Positions 60,346-64,000 of a DNA stretch of 64,000 bases are shown piece by piece; within the stretch, counting starts at the first letter, position 1; each line of letters starts with the position of its first letter. Origin of the DNA: Nitrospirales bacterium (GTDB taxonomy: Bacteria > Nitrospirota > Nitrospiria > Nitrospirales > UBA8639); NCBI GenBank assembly GCA_965203295.1, contig CBDBCZ010000017.1, positions 1,568,001-1,632,000 of the forward strand, read 5' to 3'. The notes beneath the pieces are model-generated. The model had not been told where the DNA came from. It did no database searches and was given only the letters and a program-made list of their open reading frames with translations. A program made the translations under genes and the position numbers.

Positions 60346-62928
60346 TGGTGGGTTGTGTAGAACATCTCATCACACAGTTCTGGAAATGTCTCTGAAACAG
60401 CACTGCACCCTAACCTTACACTATCCAAACTTTTTCCTGGTCCTGGTTCACTAGTAGCGCCTGGTATCTCTATGGGTAGGAACTAATCAAACGATGGCTG
60501 TGTTTCTCTGCATTCTACCAGAGACCCTGTTTCAGCAATAAGTCGGTGACACAAACGGGCTATGAAGATTAGCCACGGATTTGCTACCTTCACTCGTCTG
60601 AGAATTGCAGCTGTGCTCACCCCCAGTCTATACCTTTCTACTTCCTTTCTCTTTGTCCTGTGCGTGTGACTTTACTCACCAGGCACTGTGATGAGTTTTA
60701 TGTATTACTAACCAAATATGGCCTGGGCCTGGGAACGAGGCTGCGCATTCCCACTGTGCGGCTCCGCAAATACTAGACCTGCGTCCATATGAGAGTGCAA
60801 GCACTCCCAGCCCAGGCTCCACTACCTTTATTTTCATATAATGTGCTACTTACTTTCCAACATACTAAAATAGAGCTAGCAGTGGAGACTGGGAACAAAG
60901 CTAAGACTGCTGTCTTGAAGTCTAGCTGTCTGTAATAGATATAAGCTACCATATAGTGGGATTTCTTTGAGGGAGAGTAGTTTCGTAAATTTCACAGCTT
61001 TGTGACTGTACACGAAATTATTGTTCGTGAAAAATTTATCGTTAGCATTCGGCATGTATTAAGCTAGTCTCAGTGTGCTGTGATGGCACTGTACCGATAT
61101 GTTCCACGCGTGTAGTCAGCATTTTCTTTGCCCAGTGGTCTACGTTTAGTGGTAGTATCTGCTTCCGCCATTTCAGCTGCCCATAAAGCGGTGAAAGCCA
61201 TGCGGCCGACGCCAGCATTGGCAGTGAGACAATGAGGTAGGACAGTGCTCAGCATGGGCCGTATGACCAGTTCGAAAAAACTGCCGGAATTGGTAAAAGG
61301 GCAGCTAAGCATGACGCCTTCCCTTCTCTAAACTCAAAGATAGTAGGCATGGCCTTGCTGCAGCGGAATCGCAGAAATATTTCCACCAAGTTTTTCATTT
61401 GAATGTGCATTCTTGTGATCCACAAAATATCTCTCCCTCAAACATTATATGATAGGACTAGCTAGCTAGGTAGATGGTGTTTACAGATAGTAGACAGTGT
61501 CATTGGTGAAAACAATATGCCTGCAATTGTATCTATTGTGAGCTAGGTTAGGAAGGTCCTGTGTTCGATAATTGGAAGGGGCTTCTGGTGGCATTTTGGC
61601 TGTGGTTAGGGTAGTGAGTTGCCCCACTGTTTTGTATGTGTTTTATTGTTGTCACTATGATTGGGGTTCTGGCCACCTCACTGATATAATTGCAATGAGT
61701 GTTTGCCTGCTGGGGCCTCTAATATATATTGAATGCATGCATGAGCATGCTATTAATGTGGACAGCAACAGTTTTTGCTGACTTACTTTGCTGGATTTGT
61801 AAACTGCAAACCATGTTTTATCTTGTAAACGCATGATGACCTCGAATTTGTCAGATCTGAACAGTACTGTTGTACACAATCTCCAATGCCGTAATACCTT
61901 AAAGTAATATAGACAGTGTTACTATCACATTGAGGATCACTAAAATAGTCTGGACTACATTTGGACTATGAGCACCTATCGAGAAAAAAAAACAAGTGCT
62001 CGTAAAAAGGTGGAGCCACGTATTACAAATAAATAAATAGCAAGTATACATGCCTCTCCAATTGTAAAGTTCTAAGTTTCTCATTTCTGTGATTGTGAAG
62101 AGGTAGGGCCAGTGTTATGAAGAATAGAAAATGCTAGCATAAAGAACTGCTTTGATCAGGTACGCATACATCATGGCTGTTTTGTTTTGCTCTTTTTTGT
62201 TATGCTGCTTATGAAGGTCTTTAATCCTTTAATTCTCTTTCTTCTCTCTGGACTGACGACAAACAGATGAACAGGAGCAATTACTTAAATAACCTACTTG
62301 CATACGCATGCGGGTAACTACAGTTACAAGCTACAGTAACAACTCTACCATCAGAGGGAAAGCAGCTGCAAGTGGAATTACGCCAGGCTCAAGTATATAG
62401 TATTCATGCACCTTAATTGTAGCGTCCACCCACAAAGTGTTTTGAACAAGAGCTGCATTTTTAAGGAAGGTCCTATAGTCTCGGGTCCACTCCTTCCTGC
62501 CCTAGCTTTAATTTGTCTTGCAGCCCAGGGGGGAAGGCCTGGGAATGAGGTCGCCAGTACGTTGCAAGAGTAGATCAAAGGAATAGCCTTATTTCCTGAG
62601 CTCCTTTGATAGCCTACCACATGTTGTGATAAAAATGCTGGAGAGTGTATCCAGAGTGCTCTGCTGTATTTTCATGCAAAGAACCGAGTGTGTGCGTGTT
62701 GCCACATTGCTCTTAATCAGCTACCTTCGAATGCTCATAGCTTTTTACTGACTACAAGCCTCTCTTGGGAGCAGTACTACAAATCCACCAACACTGGCTA
62801 ATTTTGACCATCCCGTGACTCTGATAGCTAATGGTCAGTGTTGTGGTAGCATACACTACGTGAATGCAGGGCATTGTGGTGCAAGTGTGAGAAAGCTACA
62901 GTATTAGCACGTGTGATTGCATGGACTA

Positions 62929-63897
62929 CCGTAGTGACTGGTTAATAAGCGCATGCGCCTATCGTAGTCAGCGGTAAGAAACTGTGCGCTTATTAGCCGA
63001 TATGCGCTTATTAACGATAATTACGTAAGCGCTTGCTAGCGGTAATCGCGGTTCCCGGTATGAGTTATCGGTATTAGTATCGCCGTGTGGATATTGGCAA
63101 AGGCGAGCTCAAGTCTGACAGATGAAGATGGTGTGTACCTACACGAGAGTGTTGTGCGCGGCCACCATATCTATAAGAGAGTGTGGTCCCCTATTATTGG
63201 CAAGGTACTTTTACGCGAGGAGGAGAGTGAACGTAATCGGTTTGCTGTGTGCCTTTTGAAGCCTAGAGCGGTAAAAGTAGGCACGTCTCTCGAGAACTGT
63301 AGCGTAAGATTTGACACTTTTTAAGGCACGGTTGGGTTACAGGTGCTTCTGCCCGTGCCATCTCAATCTCGATCTCAAGCTCACTCACAAAAACAGTACT
63401 GACTTTGACCTTTCGGCGATTTTAGCACGTGTAACAAGCGCATGCGCCACATGTATTAAGATAAGATTCTTGGAAGATTCAACAAAAATCCTGGCAGGAT
63501 TAACTAAGATTCATGGGAGATGCATGCCAAGACCCTTTGTAGTTTCTGGGAGGATTTAGCAAGATTCATGGCTTGCCAAGATTCTTTGGGGTTTCCCAAG
63601 ATTCTGTGTGGTTTCTGGGATGATCTGGCAGGATTCTTCCAAGGAACTTTCATGATTCTTGAGAATCCCTGCCAAGAATCCTGATAAGATCTTCTCAAGA
63701 TGTGTTCCAAAACCTTGCAAGAATCTGAAAGATTCTATGCAAGAATCACATGAGATTCTTGCAAGGTTATCTTCAAGATTTTGGTAGGATCTTGTAAAAT
63801 ATTTTCAGTAGGGCAATTAACTAATACGTAGGAAGTATGCGCTTGTTATAAAACATGTGCCAAATAGCTGTGTGCGCTTATTAACCGGTCACTACAG
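62929..63897. mobile_element. TA-flanked element carrying a degenerate HIRAN-like fragment, with a nested CAAGA-rich element end (63460-63812)
   Basis: ta|CCGTAGTGACTGGTTAATAAGCGCA ... TGCGCTTATTAACCGGTCACTACAG|ta; ESVVRGHHIYKRVWSPIIG..NRFAVCL. Confidence 0.75.
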
Positions 63898-64000
63898 TAG
63901 TTGAATTTTGTAGAAACTGAGAATTGAATGTGAACAAGATAGGAAAGTACTAGCTAAGATTCGGCCAGCCCATTTAACAAGACCACAAGACATGGCGAAC

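Overview
Eukaryotic (metazoan) genomic DNA with short GT-AG introns; gene content and repeat landscape suggest a marine invertebrate, probably a demosponge (inference). The first 23 kb is a recent near-identical tandem duplication (period ~13-14 kb). The duplicated unit holds a 14-exon DBH-like monooxygenase (MOXD1-type) gene, a 172-aa orphan ORF and the left half of a Ginger-like integrase DNA transposon; an intronless tandem-DED gene lies between the two copies. 19-39 kb is a nested transposon cluster. It contains Ginger-like elements whose ends carry arrays of a 137-bp unit with a perfect 18-bp hairpin and which carry Ulp1/SENP protease exons downstream of the integrase; an apparently intact Mutator-like (MULE+SWIM) transposase gene spliced in frame to an N-terminal Ulp1 SUMO protease; and a CACTG/TA element. 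39-64 kb is mostly non-autonomous DNA transposons (TAG..CTA elements with 9-bp TSDs, TA-flanked elements carrying HIRAN fragments, piggyBac-like, PIF-like), a tRNA-derived SINE, one O-fucosyltransferase-like gene and gene fragments. All coordinates were read by eye and may be off by a few bases; no database searches were run.
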